NCBI GenBank assembly: GCA_964596775.1 | Contig: CAZQVN010000007.1 | Location: 27,275 to 91,274 of the forward strand | Reading direction: 5' to 3' | Source: an uncultured bacterium | GTDB lineage: Bacteria; Eisenbacteria; RBG-16-71-46; JABDJR01; JAWXBZ01 | DNA: 64,000 nt | Shown here: positions 38,361 to 49,171 of the stretch, in pieces | Numbering within the stretch: position 1 is the stretch's first letter | Layout of the letters: the number at the start of each line of letters is the position of its first letter | Translations under genes and position numbers: made by a program | The notes under the pieces: model-generated | Database searches by the model: none | Told to the model about the DNA's origin: nothing | The model's input: only the letters and a program-made list of their open reading frames with translations

Positions 38361-40619
38361 TCACTTGACCAGAGTCATCGTCCTTCCGGAAAGCGCGTCG
38401 CCTTCCAGCCGGTACATGTAGACTCCGGCCGGGACACTGCGGCCTGCCTCGTCGCGTCCGTCCCACACGACTTCATGCTGTCCCGGTCCGGCAAGAATCT
38501 CGAGGCGGCGGACCAGCCGCCCGGTCGGCGCCACGACGTGGATCACGGCCCGGCCCGAGGAGGCCAGCGTGACCGGGATCGTCGTCAGCGGATGAAACGG
38601 ATTCGGATGATTCGGGCCGAGCCGCGCCGCGGCCGGCAGAGGCGCGGTAAAGAGAATCGGGCCGAACCACTGGCTGGCGCCGGAACGGGACACGGCTTCC
38701 AGGCGGTACTCGTAGCTGCGGCCCGGTTCGACCGTGGTGTCCGTCCATTCCCCCCGCGATTCCGACCCGGTGATGAGGGCGCCAGAAACCGGGAGAAACG
38801 CGCCTTCCGAGTCCGCGCGGCGGTGAACGCGGAATCCGGCGTGATCCACCGCATCGGTGAACTCCCAGCGGATCAGCGCCCCATCGCCCGCCGCCGCGGC
38901 GGTGAAGGCAACGAGACGAACCGGCACGGCGCCCTGAACCAGGGTGATCCGCTGGTTGACCGCGACGTTTTCCAGGACCTCGACCGGATGGCCCGGCGTC
39001 GGCCAGCGCACGGTCACGCGGTCGATCACGTTCACGTTGCCGAGACCGAAATGCAGGCAGTGCTCGTTGGCCGACATGTACGACCCGGCTCCGAGTTCAC
39101 GCATCATCGTGCGACCGCCCGCCTCAACGGTGACCCGCACGCCCAGGCAGCTGCGATTGCTCGAGGTGCCGACGAAGTCGAACACCACCCACTTGTTGTC
39201 CAGCTCGGGAGCCGACAGCGGATGGGGCAGCAGAGCGCCGGTGGTGCGGAGCCCGGAGGTCACCGACCAGTCGTAGAACGTCTTGTTCTTCTGATTGATG
39301 AGCAGGAGACGGCTGCCGGCGTTGTAGTTGCAGTTCACGTGCGGCCAGTCCGTGTTGTTCAGGACGACCATGTCGATCCAGCCGTCGCGGTTGATGTCGC
39401 CGTACGCCGAGCCGCGGGCATCGCCGAAGTCCTGGATTCCCGACTCCACCGCGCGGTTCACGAACCCGGCCGGGCCGAGGTTTTCCCAGAGGGCATTCCC
39501 CTCGCACTCGGTCTGCCCCCAGCTGTTCAGGATCCAGCCGTTCACGTTCAGGGCGTCGAGATCCCCGTCGTTGTCGTAGTCGCGCCAGGCCACGCCCCAG
39601 CCGTTCAGGTTTTCGACGATCCCCTTTTCCGCCGCCACGTTCCGGAACGTGCCGTCCCCCTGGTTCTCGAGGAGGGAATCCTCCCAGAAGTTGGCGAGGT
39701 AGATGTCCAGGTCGCCGTCGTTGTCGTAGTCGCCGAAGTCCACACCCATGGCGTAGCCGCCGTCCCGCGTTCCCGACTCCGCGGTGACGTTCGTGAACGT
39801 CTTGTCGCCGTTGTTGCGAAACAGGACGTTGTCGCCGTCGCGGATCGACTGGTCCGGGTTCAGCCCGCCGTAGTCGTTGGCCAGGTAGAGATCGATGTCG
39901 CCGTCATTGTCGTAGTCGCCGGTGGCGATGCCCAGCGTCCATTCGCTCTGGCCGCCGAGCCAGCCCAGCCCCTTCTCGTCCGTCTTGTCCACGAAAATCG
40001 GGTTGTTGTTCTCGTCGAGGCCGGTGTTCTCGTAGAAGTGATTCTTGGCGTTGACGAGGTCCACGTCTCCGGCCGGCTTCGGAACCATCGTCAGGTAGTT
40101 GGCCACGTAGAGGTCGAGGTCGCCGTCGAGGTCGTAATCGAAGAACGCCGCGCTGGCGGTCAGGGTCCCTCGCACATACGACTTGAGGCCGGCCGTCCGG
40201 GTGATCTCGGTGAAGCTGCCCTGCCCGGTGTTCTTGAACAGGCGGTAGGGGGTGTCCATGGAGGTCGGCGGGAACGGGCCGAACGTCACCAGAAAGTCCT
40301 CGTAACCGTCGTTGTTGACGTCGCCGCAGGCGAACCCCATTCCGTTCGCGTTGAACTGCGCTCCGGCCATGGCCGTGGCGGTCATGTTGGTGAAGCGGAG
40401 CAGGCCGTCGTTGCGAAAGACCTCGACCTTCCCATCCTGGGTGGTCAGGAAGAGGATATCGAGGTCGCCGTCGCGGTCGTAATCCATGAGGGCGGTGCCC
40501 GATCCCATCATGTTCGGGCCGGGTCCGGCGGTGACGGCCGGCGGCAGCAGAGTCGTCGCGGCAATTAGAGCGGCAACGCACAGGAGCACAGGCATTCTCA
40601 AAGCCGATCTCATCAGCAC
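38361..40619 (-). CDS. CRTAC1-like FG-GAP/ASPIC-UnbV secreted protein with FlgD-Ig C-terminus
   Basis: GDYDNDGDLD repeats, GSYMSANEHCLHFGLG, HPNPF...WDGRDEAGRSVPAGVY. Confidence 0.88.
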   Translation of the reverse strand: MLMRSALRMPVLLCVAALIAATTLLPPAVTAGPGPNMMGSGTALMDYDRDGDLDILFLTTQDGKVEVFRNDGLLRFTNMTATAMAGAQFNANGMGFACGDVNNDGYEDFLVTFGPFPPTSMDTPYRLFKNTGQGSFTEITRTAGLKSYVRGTLTASAAFFDYDLDGDLDLYVANYLTMVPKPAGDVDLVNAKNHFYENTGLDENNNPIFVDKTDEKGLGWLGGQSEWTLGIATGDYDNDGDIDLYLANDYGGLNPDQSIRDGDNVLFRNNGDKTFTNVTAESGTRDGGYAMGVDFGDYDNDGDLDIYLANFWEDSLLENQGDGTFRNVAAEKGIVENLNGWGVAWRDYDNDGDLDALNVNGWILNSWGQTECEGNALWENLGPAGFVNRAVESGIQDFGDARGSAYGDINRDGWIDMVVLNNTDWPHVNCNYNAGSRLLLINQKNKTFYDWSVTSGLRTTGALLPHPLSAPELDNKWVVFDFVGTSSNRSCLGVRVTVEAGGRTMMRELGAGSYMSANEHCLHFGLGNVNVIDRVTVRWPTPGHPVEVLENVAVNQRITLVQGAVPVRLVAFTAAAAGDGALIRWEFTDAVDHAGFRVHRRADSEGAFLPVSGALITGSESRGEWTDTTVEPGRSYEYRLEAVSRSGASQWFGPILFTAPLPAAARLGPNHPNPFHPLTTIPVTLASSGRAVIHVVAPTGRLVRRLEILAGPGQHEVVWDGRDEAGRSVPAGVYMYRLEGDALSGRTMTLVK

Positions 40620-40702
40620 CCCCGGGAGAGATGGGACTCAAGGATCAAAACAGGCAGCGAATGTATACAAAGTATACAGACAATCGATACATCTTTGACA
40701 AC

Positions 40703-41848
40703 TCAGGGGGCGAATTCGGAAAAAATTCCGTCAGAGAGGAACCGTGCCGGGGGCGTCAGCCGCAGGTGGTGACCCTCCGTCTCGAGCCATCCCTGGCTCG
40801 TAAGGCGTTGCACCAATCCGGGATAGTGCGTTTCGAGCGGGCCGAATTCCGCCTCGAAATCCGCCAGGTTCAGCCCCTCCGTCAGGCGGAGTCCCATGAA
40901 GACCCGCTCGAACACCAGGTCCCGCGGATCGACCTTGCGGAAGGGATCCCAGTCCTCACCGGCGAGGAATCGGTTCCGGTAGGTCTCGAGGTGGGCCGGG
41001 TTGGCCCCGCGCCGGTGATCGAGGTAGGAGTGCGCGGACGGACCGAACCCGAGGTACGGCGCGCCGGTCCAGTAGCGAAGATTGTGCGCGGACCGGCATC
41101 CCGGTTTCGCGAAGTTCGACAGTTCGTACATGTCGTAGCCCGCCCGGGACAGGCGTTCGGTGAGCCAGTCGAACATGTCCCGCTCCAGGTCGTCGTCGGG
41201 GCGCGGCCGCCGGCCGGAATCGACGTCACGGGTGAGCGGCGTTCCGGGCTCGAGGATCAGGCAGTAACAGGACAGGTGTTCCGGGCCGAGGTCGAGCGCC
41301 CGCTCCACGCTTGCCTGCCAGCGCTCCAGCGACTGGCCGGGAAGACCGTAGATCAGGTCGAGGCTGATGTTCGTGAAGCCAGCGCCGCGGGCGGCGCTCA
41401 CCGCGGCTCCGATGGCGGCCGCATCGTGGGGGCGGGACAACGCCGCGAGCTCGTCGTCGTGGAACGACTGCGCGCCGATCGACAGCCGGTTGAAGCCCAG
41501 GTCCCCGAGGAGCGCCGCCGAATCCGCGGTCAGGCTTTCCGGATTCGCCTCGGAGGTGACTTCCGTATCCGGAGCGAAGGTGAGCGCGGTCCTCAGCATT
41601 CCGACGAGGCGGCGGAGTTCATCGGCCGTGAAGGCGGTCGGGGTGCCGCCTCCAAGATACAGCGTGTCGAACACGGCGCCGTCGATCCGACCGCGGCGCC
41701 GGTGATGCTCGATCTCCGCCGCGAGCCCGTCGAAGTAGACGGCATCCTCCCCCGTCCGGCGGACATTGGAGAAGAAGTTGCAGTAGTCGCACTTGATCGC
41801 GCAGAACGGCGTGTGGACGTAGCAGGCGATTCCGGGCGGGTCGGACAA
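40703..41848 (-). CDS. hemW: Radical SAM heme chaperone HemW (HemN-like)
   Basis: YVHTPFCAIKCDYCNF, GGGTPT, EANP, YELSNF, HNLRYW; start placed at TTG 41848. Confidence 0.93.
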   Translation of the reverse strand: MSDPPGIACYVHTPFCAIKCDYCNFFSNVRRTGEDAVYFDGLAAEIEHHRRRGRIDGAVFDTLYLGGGTPTAFTADELRRLVGMLRTALTFAPDTEVTSEANPESLTADSAALLGDLGFNRLSIGAQSFHDDELAALSRPHDAAAIGAAVSAARGAGFTNISLDLIYGLPGQSLERWQASVERALDLGPEHLSCYCLILEPGTPLTRDVDSGRRPRPDDDLERDMFDWLTERLSRAGYDMYELSNFAKPGCRSAHNLRYWTGAPYLGFGPSAHSYLDHRRGANPAHLETYRNRFLAGEDWDPFRKVDPRDLVFERVFMGLRLTEGLNLADFEAEFGPLETHYPGLVQRLTSQGWLETEGHHLRLTPPARFLSDGIFSEFAP

Positions 41849-41850
41849 GG

Positions 41851-42579
41851 TCAGCGGATCAGGTCGCCGATCCGGTTCAGGCGCGGCTCGGGAAAGAAGC
41901 CGAGCAGCTTGTGGCTCAGATCCCACGACCAGTAGATGAGGATCGCCTTCCCCTTGATGAGGTCCTGGTCGAGGAACCCCCAGAACCGGCTGTCCTCGGA
42001 ATTGTCGCGGTTGTCCCCCATCATGAACAGGTGACCGGACGGAATGGTGACCGGGCCGTAGTTGTCCTTGTTGCCGGCTCCCTGGGGATAGATCCGGTGC
42101 TCGGACCAGGAGCGGGGCCGGATGGCGTCGTCGGTGAAGCGGACGTACGATTCGTCGATCGCCCGACCGTTGATGTACACGACCTTGTCCCGGATCTCGA
42201 GCGTTTCACCGGGCAGGCCGACCACGCGCTTGATGAAGTCCTTGCGGGCGTCCAGCGGGTACTTGAAAACGATGACGTCGCCCCGCCGCGGTTCGCGGAT
42301 CGCCGGAAGCGCCATGTCGGTCAGGGGCACGTGGGCGCCGTAGAGAAACTTGTTCACGAACAGGAAATCGCCGACCAGCAGGGTGTTTTCCATGGAACCG
42401 GACGGGATGCGGAACGCCTGGACGACGAACGTCCGGATGAAGACCGTGAGGATGATCGCAAAGAGAAACGCCTCGGTGTACTCGCGGGCCACCGACTTCC
42501 GGCCCCGCTTCAGCTCGCTCCGCGTCGTCACCCGGGCAGCCGCATCCTGAAGAGAACGTGATTCCACTCTGTCTCCCAT
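41851..42579 (-). CDS. lepB: Signal peptidase I
   Basis: IPSGSMENTL, DFIKRVVGLPG, GDNRDNSEDSR. Confidence 0.97.
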   Translation of the reverse strand: MGDRVESRSLQDAAARVTTRSELKRGRKSVAREYTEAFLFAIILTVFIRTFVVQAFRIPSGSMENTLLVGDFLFVNKFLYGAHVPLTDMALPAIREPRRGDVIVFKYPLDARKDFIKRVVGLPGETLEIRDKVVYINGRAIDESYVRFTDDAIRPRSWSEHRIYPQGAGNKDNYGPVTIPSGHLFMMGDNRDNSEDSRFWGFLDQDLIKGKAILIYWSWDLSHKLLGFFPEPRLNRIGDLIR

Positions 42580-42580
42580 C

Positions 42581-44380
<1,800 letters not shown>

Positions 44381-45022
44381 CTAGAATCTGCATCCCATCG
44401 ACACGGCGACGAGGCCTCCGTCGAAAACCGGCCCGGCCCGCCACTGGTCGTCATAGTTGAAGAAGTGAGCGTCCACGTAGGCGTCCAGCATGGAGAACAC
44501 CATGGTGGCACCCATCATCCACATTCCGAAATTCCGCCGGTTGACCGCGTTGTTGAGCCGGTCAACGAGCGCCGGATCGGGCTCCCCGCCCTCCCGGTCG
44601 ATCCGGTCCTGCAGGCCGCCCCGGTCCGACTCCGCCACGAGCGCGCTGACGGCAAAGCCGGCATAGACGCCGCCGAAGAACACCGCCTTCAACGGCTTGC
44701 GATTGGCGAGCTGGCCCCAGCCGGGGAGTACCCCCGAACGGACCGTGACCCATCCGATCGATGGCCCGCCATCCCGACGGTTTCCCGTCTTCCGGGCCGC
44801 GGACGTCCGTGTTTCCCCGGGCGCCGGCGCAACCGCCGGCGCCGGAACGTCGAACGGATCCGCAACCTCCGGGGGAGCCGCCGATTCAAGGGAATCCGCC
44901 CCCGCCGGCGGGTTCTCCGCCACCCGGGAATCCGCCGTCTCCCCGGGATCCGCCGGTTCGAGCGCTCCGATTCCGGCGCCCCGGACCGGCGCCGCGACCA
45001 CAACCAGTCCCAGAAACAGCAC
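44381..45022 (-). CDS. DUF5683-like membrane protein
   Basis: Pro/Ala-rich linker, then RSGVLPGWGQL...KA and DAYVDAH motifs. Start uncertain; GTG 45022 chosen, 17 nt after tRNA-Sec. Confidence 0.65.
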   Translation of the reverse strand: MLFLGLVVVAAPVRGAGIGALEPADPGETADSRVAENPPAGADSLESAAPPEVADPFDVPAPAVAPAPGETRTSAARKTGNRRDGGPSIGWVTVRSGVLPGWGQLANRKPLKAVFFGGVYAGFAVSALVAESDRGGLQDRIDREGGEPDPALVDRLNNAVNRRNFGMWMMGATMVFSMLDAYVDAHFFNYDDQWRAGPVFDGGLVAVSMGCRF

Positions 45023-45038
45023 CGGCCAGAAGCAACTC

Positions 45039-45136
45039 TGGCGGGAACGCGTGGGAATCGAACCCACCCCGGACGGGTCTAGCGCCCGGCTGAAGGATTT
45101 GAAGTCCTCGGAGCCCACCAGGACTCGTTCGCTCCC
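45039..45136 (-). tRNA. selC: tRNA-Sec(TCA)
   Basis: 98 nt; 6-bp D stem with TGGT loop; anticodon loop CTTCAAA; 7-bp long variable arm; T arm GTGGG-TTCGATT-CCCAC; G73; encoded CCA. Confidence 0.92.
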
Positions 45137-45248
45137 GGGTTCAATGCAAGCCGGAGATCCTAGCCTCAACGTCTTCCCGTGTCCAGACTTGGGAACCCCG
45201 CTCCCCCGGTCATTGCACAGCGGGCATGACGTTTCCGGAATCGCGCCA

Positions 45249-45638
45249 TCAGCAGGCGACGAGTTCGATCTCAACCAGCGCCCCCAGCGGGAGTTCCCGG
45301 ACCGCCACGGTGGACCGGGCCGGCGGCGGGTCGGGGAAGAACGTGGCGTACACCTCGTTCATCGCCTTGAAGTCGCCCATCGTCGTGAGAAAAACCGTCG
45401 TCTTGACGACGTCCCCGGCGGTCCGGTCCGCGGCGGCCAGAACGGCCATCAGGTTCGTCAGCGCCTGCCGCGTCTGCGCCGCGACATCGCCCTCGACGAG
45501 CTTTCCCGTGGCGGGGTCGAGAGCCACCTGTCCGGCCGTGTAGAGCATGGAGCGGCCGGCGTCGGCCACGATCCCCTGGGAGTACGGTCCGACGGCCCCG
45601 GGCGCCTTGTCCGTGGCGATTCTCCTTCTGTTCGACAT
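45249..45638 (-). CDS. ridA: RidA family reactive intermediate deaminase
   Basis: APGAVGPYSQ, AGQVALDP, PPARSTVAV..LP.GALVEIE. Confidence 0.95.
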   Translation of the reverse strand: MSNRRRIATDKAPGAVGPYSQGIVADAGRSMLYTAGQVALDPATGKLVEGDVAAQTRQALTNLMAVLAAADRTAGDVVKTTVFLTTMGDFKAMNEVYATFFPDPPPARSTVAVRELPLGALVEIELVAC

Positions 45639-45650
45639 GGTCGGGTGCTC

Positions 45651-47477
45651 CTATTCGACGGTAACGCTCTTGGCCAGGTTCCGGGGCTGATCCACGTGAC
45701 AGCCGCGCAGCACAGCGATGTGATAGGCCAGCAGCTGGAGGGGGATGACCGACAGCAGCGGGGTCAGCATCTGGATCGTCTCCGGCACGTAGATGACGTG
45801 ATGGGCCTTCTTCGCCACCTCCTCGTCCCCCTCGCTGGCGATGGCGATGATCTTGCCCTTTCGGGCGCGGACCTCCTCCATGTTGCTCATGATCTTTTCG
45901 TAGGCGGAATCGCGGGTGCAGATGAACACGACCGGCATGTTCTCGTCGATGAGGGCGATCGGCCCGTGCTTCATTTCCGCCGCCGGATAACCTTCGGCGT
46001 GAATGTAGCTGATTTCCTTCAGCTTCAGGGCGCCCTCGAGAGCCACCGGAAAGTTGTAGCCGCGCCCGAGGTAGAGAAAGTTGTTGTGATGGTGGAGCTG
46101 GGCGGCGATCGCCTTGATGGCGTCGTTCGTCCGGAGAATCGTCTGGATCTTGTCGGGGATCGCCTGCAGTTCGGCGACGATCTGCCGTCCCTGGTCCAGG
46201 GAGAGCCCGCGGAGCCGCCCGAGGATCAGCGTCAGGACGGCGAGCGCGGTGACCTGCGACGTGAACGCCTTCGTGGACGCCACCCCGATTTCCGGGCCGG
46301 CGTGAATGTACGTGCCGCCGTCCGACTCCCGGGCGATCGTGGACCCGACGACGTTGACCAGGCCGAGGGCTGGCGCCCCCTTCCGCTGCGCCTCGCGCAT
46401 GGCCGAGAGCGTGTCGATCGTTTCCCCGGACTGGCTGATCACGAAGACGACCGTGCCCGGCTTGACGATCGGATTGCGGTAGCGGAACTCCGAGGCGTAC
46501 TCGACCTCGACCGGGATCTGCGCGTACTCCTCGATCATGTACTCGCCGATCATCGCGGCGTGCCACGAGGTGCCGCATCCGATGATGATGATCCGGTCGA
46601 TCAGGCGGAGGGCGTTCTTTTCCATGTTGAGGCCGCCGAGGTGGCCGGTGCCGTCGTCCACGATCAGGCGACCGCGGAACGCGTTGCGGACCGACTCGGG
46701 CTGCTCGAAGATCTCCTTGAGCATGAAGTGGTCGTAGCCGCCCCGCTCGATCTGCTCGAGCTCCCATTCCACCTCGGACACTTCCTTGTCCACCGGCTTG
46801 TTGTCGATGGTCAGCGTGCGGTATTCCGTGGGGGTGATCACCGCGATCTCCCCGTCGTCGAGGTAGATGACCTGGCGGGTGTGACGGAGCACCGCGGACA
46901 CGTCGGAGGCCACGAAGTGCTCCCCCTGGCCGAGACCGACCACGAGCGGGCTGCCGTTGCGGGCGCCGACGATCTTGCCGGGCTCGGAAGCGGAGATGAC
47001 CGCGATTCCGTAGGTTCCCTGGACGAGGTTCAGCGCCGTGGCCACCGCGTCCTCGAGGTTCCCCTCGTAGTATTCCTCGATGAGATGGACGAGCACCTCG
47101 GTGTCGGTTTCCGTGGTGAACGTGTGCCCCTTGAGGAGCAGGCTGGCCCGGAGAGCCGCGTAGTTCTCGATGATGCCGTTGTGGGCCAGCGCGATTTTGC
47201 CGTCGCAGGACACGTGCGGGTGGGCATTCGTGTCGTTCGGCTCGCCATGGGTGGCCCACCGGGTGTGCGCGATTCCGGAGAACCCCGCCGGCTTGCTGCG
47301 CAGGACCCGCTCCTCGAGGCTCTTGATCTTTCCGGCGGCCTTGCGGATCTCGAGGCCCTGGCCGTTGAGCACGGCGATGCCGGCCGAGTCGTAGCCCCGG
47401 TACTCGAGCCTCTTCAGCCCCTCGATCAGCAGTTCCACGCAGTCTCTTGTTCCGGCATAGCCGACAATTCCGCACAT
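45651..47477 (-). CDS. glmS: Glutamine-fructose-6-phosphate transaminase
   Basis: MCGIVG, LEYRGYDSAG, HTRWATHG, SQSGET, VDQPRNLAKSVTVE. Confidence 0.98.
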   Translation of the reverse strand: MCGIVGYAGTRDCVELLIEGLKRLEYRGYDSAGIAVLNGQGLEIRKAAGKIKSLEERVLRSKPAGFSGIAHTRWATHGEPNDTNAHPHVSCDGKIALAHNGIIENYAALRASLLLKGHTFTTETDTEVLVHLIEEYYEGNLEDAVATALNLVQGTYGIAVISASEPGKIVGARNGSPLVVGLGQGEHFVASDVSAVLRHTRQVIYLDDGEIAVITPTEYRTLTIDNKPVDKEVSEVEWELEQIERGGYDHFMLKEIFEQPESVRNAFRGRLIVDDGTGHLGGLNMEKNALRLIDRIIIIGCGTSWHAAMIGEYMIEEYAQIPVEVEYASEFRYRNPIVKPGTVVFVISQSGETIDTLSAMREAQRKGAPALGLVNVVGSTIARESDGGTYIHAGPEIGVASTKAFTSQVTALAVLTLILGRLRGLSLDQGRQIVAELQAIPDKIQTILRTNDAIKAIAAQLHHHNNFLYLGRGYNFPVALEGALKLKEISYIHAEGYPAAEMKHGPIALIDENMPVVFICTRDSAYEKIMSNMEEVRARKGKIIAIASEGDEEVAKKAHHVIYVPETIQMLTPLLSVIPLQLLAYHIAVLRGCHVDQPRNLAKSVTVE

Positions 47478-47482
47478 GCTTT

Positions 47483-48838
47483 TCAGTTCCTCCGGGAAAG
47501 GGCCGCGCGGGCCGATTCCACGAGATGCAGGGCTTCCTTCCGATCGGGGGCCTCGGCAATGATCCTGACGACGGGCTCGGTTCCGGAACGCCGGACGTGC
47601 ACCCAGACGCCCGCGGCGGCGAGCCGGATGCCGTCGCGCCGGTCAAGAGTAGCACCCGGAAGCAGATTCGCCAGAGCTTTCTCCATGGCCGCCGCGTCCA
47701 GGTCCTCGGGCACGTCGACCTTCTCCTTGATCATGGCCAGACGGGGTAGCGCGTCGGCGAGTTCCGAAAGTTTCCGGCCGGTCGAGGCCATCAGCGAGAG
47801 AATCAGCGCCACGCCGACCGGGGCGTCCCGCCCCAGGTGCAGTTCTGGGAGGATCACGCCGCCGTTCCCCTCCCCGCCGACGACCGCCCCGGACCGCACG
47901 ATCTGCTCGACGACGTTGGCCTCGCCGACCGGCGTCCTCTCGAGGGTCACCCCGTGGGCGGCGGTGACCGTCTCCAGCATGGCCGACGTCGAGAGGTTCG
48001 TCACCACCGGCCCGTTCCGGCACTCCAGGACGGCCTGTGCCGCAAGGGCCAGCGTGTACTCCTCGCCCAGGGCCCTCCCCTGTTCATCCACCAGCGACAG
48101 CCGGTCGACGTCGGGATCGAACGCGAAACCGACGTCGTATGTTCCGGACGCGACCCGGCGCTCCAGATCCTTGAGGTTTTCGGCCAGCGGCTCGGGGGGC
48201 CGGGGGAAAAGCCCGGTGGGCTCCTCGAACAGGACGTCGACGCGGCACCCCAGAGCTTCGAGCAGGCGCCGGCCGACGGCGCCGCCGGCCCCGTGGACCG
48301 CATCCAGGGCCACCCGGAACGACTTTTCACGGATGGCCGGGACATCGACGACCGAAAGTCCGAGGATGAGGTCGAGGTGGGGGCCGATCGGGTCCGGGAC
48401 GGGAACGACGCGCCCCTGCCCGTCCCAGGCGGGGAAACCGGGAGCCTCCCCGCCGGCCAGCGACAGGTAGCGTTTCCCCTCGTCGCCGGTCAGGAATCGG
48501 CCGGACGAGCCGATGAGTTTCAGCGCGTTCCATTCGACGGGGTTGTGGCTGGCGGTGATCGCGATTCCGCCGGCGGCATGGCGGTGTTCCACCTGGAGCT
48601 GGACGGTCGGCGTGGGAACGATGCCGAGTTCGTGGACCTCGCGCCCCATTCCGACGAGCGCGGCGGTGACCGCATGGTGCAGGGCCGGTCCGGTGGGGCG
48701 GGAATCGCGCCCGAGAACGATCGGGCCCGGAGGCAGCCAGGCCGCGAAAAAGGCCGCATATCGGGAGGCCACGAGCGGAGTCAGCCCGGCTCCGACAATC
48801 CCGCGGATTCCGGAAACACTGATCATGAGCTGTGACAC
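47483..48838 (-). CDS. glmM: Phosphoglucosamine mutase / phosphohexomutase
   Basis: TASHNP, DPDVDR, GEGNGG, RRSGTEP; directly upstream of glmS. Confidence 0.88.
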   Translation of the reverse strand: MSQLMISVSGIRGIVGAGLTPLVASRYAAFFAAWLPPGPIVLGRDSRPTGPALHHAVTAALVGMGREVHELGIVPTPTVQLQVEHRHAAGGIAITASHNPVEWNALKLIGSSGRFLTGDEGKRYLSLAGGEAPGFPAWDGQGRVVPVPDPIGPHLDLILGLSVVDVPAIREKSFRVALDAVHGAGGAVGRRLLEALGCRVDVLFEEPTGLFPRPPEPLAENLKDLERRVASGTYDVGFAFDPDVDRLSLVDEQGRALGEEYTLALAAQAVLECRNGPVVTNLSTSAMLETVTAAHGVTLERTPVGEANVVEQIVRSGAVVGGEGNGGVILPELHLGRDAPVGVALILSLMASTGRKLSELADALPRLAMIKEKVDVPEDLDAAAMEKALANLLPGATLDRRDGIRLAAAGVWVHVRRSGTEPVVRIIAEAPDRKEALHLVESARAALSRRN

Positions 48839-48863
48839 GTGAGACTCCCGAAGTGGCCGGGTT

Positions 48864-48939
48864 TGGAGCTGGTGAGCGGAATCGAACCGCTGACCTACGC
48901 ATTACGAGTGCGTTGCTCTACCAGCTGAGCTACACCAGC
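48864..48939 (-). tRNA. tRNA-Thr(CGT)
   Basis: 76-nt cloverleaf, ACGCA-CTCGTAA-TGCGT, CCA end. Confidence 0.96.
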
Positions 48940-48973
48940 GCCATCAAAACGCGTTGCCAACTTCGTGAAAAAG

Positions 48974-49049
48974 TGGTGCGACCCCGCGGAATCGAACCGC
49001 GGACACCCAGATTTTCAGTCTGGTGCTCTACCGACTGAGCTAGGGTCGC
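48974..49049 (-). tRNA. tRNA-Phe(GAA)
   Basis: 76-nt cloverleaf, CCAGA-CTGAAAA-TCTGG, CCA end. Confidence 0.96.
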
Positions 49050-49077
49050 GACCAACCTGAAAGCAAAAGCGTGCGGA

Positions 49078-49106
49078 ACACTATCACGCTCCCGGAAAGG
49101 CGTCAA
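49078..49106 (-). promoter_or_regulatory. sigma70 promoter of the tRNA-Phe/Thr cluster
   Basis: TTGACG-17 nt-TAGTGT. Confidence 0.7.
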
Positions 49107-49171
49107 CGAGACACTGGAGGCACGTCGCTTCGGCTTTGCTCCTTGCCCGGCCCCGCTCCGTCAATCCGCTT

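Noticed and set aside
39560-40140. Recurrent gtcgccgtcgttgtcgtagtc-like DNA repeats, suggestive of an array
   Set aside because: They encode FG-GAP DxDxDGDxD repeats within a CDS; spacing is irregular and there are no cas genes, so this is not CRISPR.
44381-45274. 297-aa ORF running through tRNA-Sec
   Set aside because: The 5' part overlaps selC and ridA; only the part downstream of the tRNA looks like a membrane protein.
47477-47483. glmS ribozyme upstream of glmS
   Set aside because: Only 5 nt separate glmM and glmS; there is no room for it.
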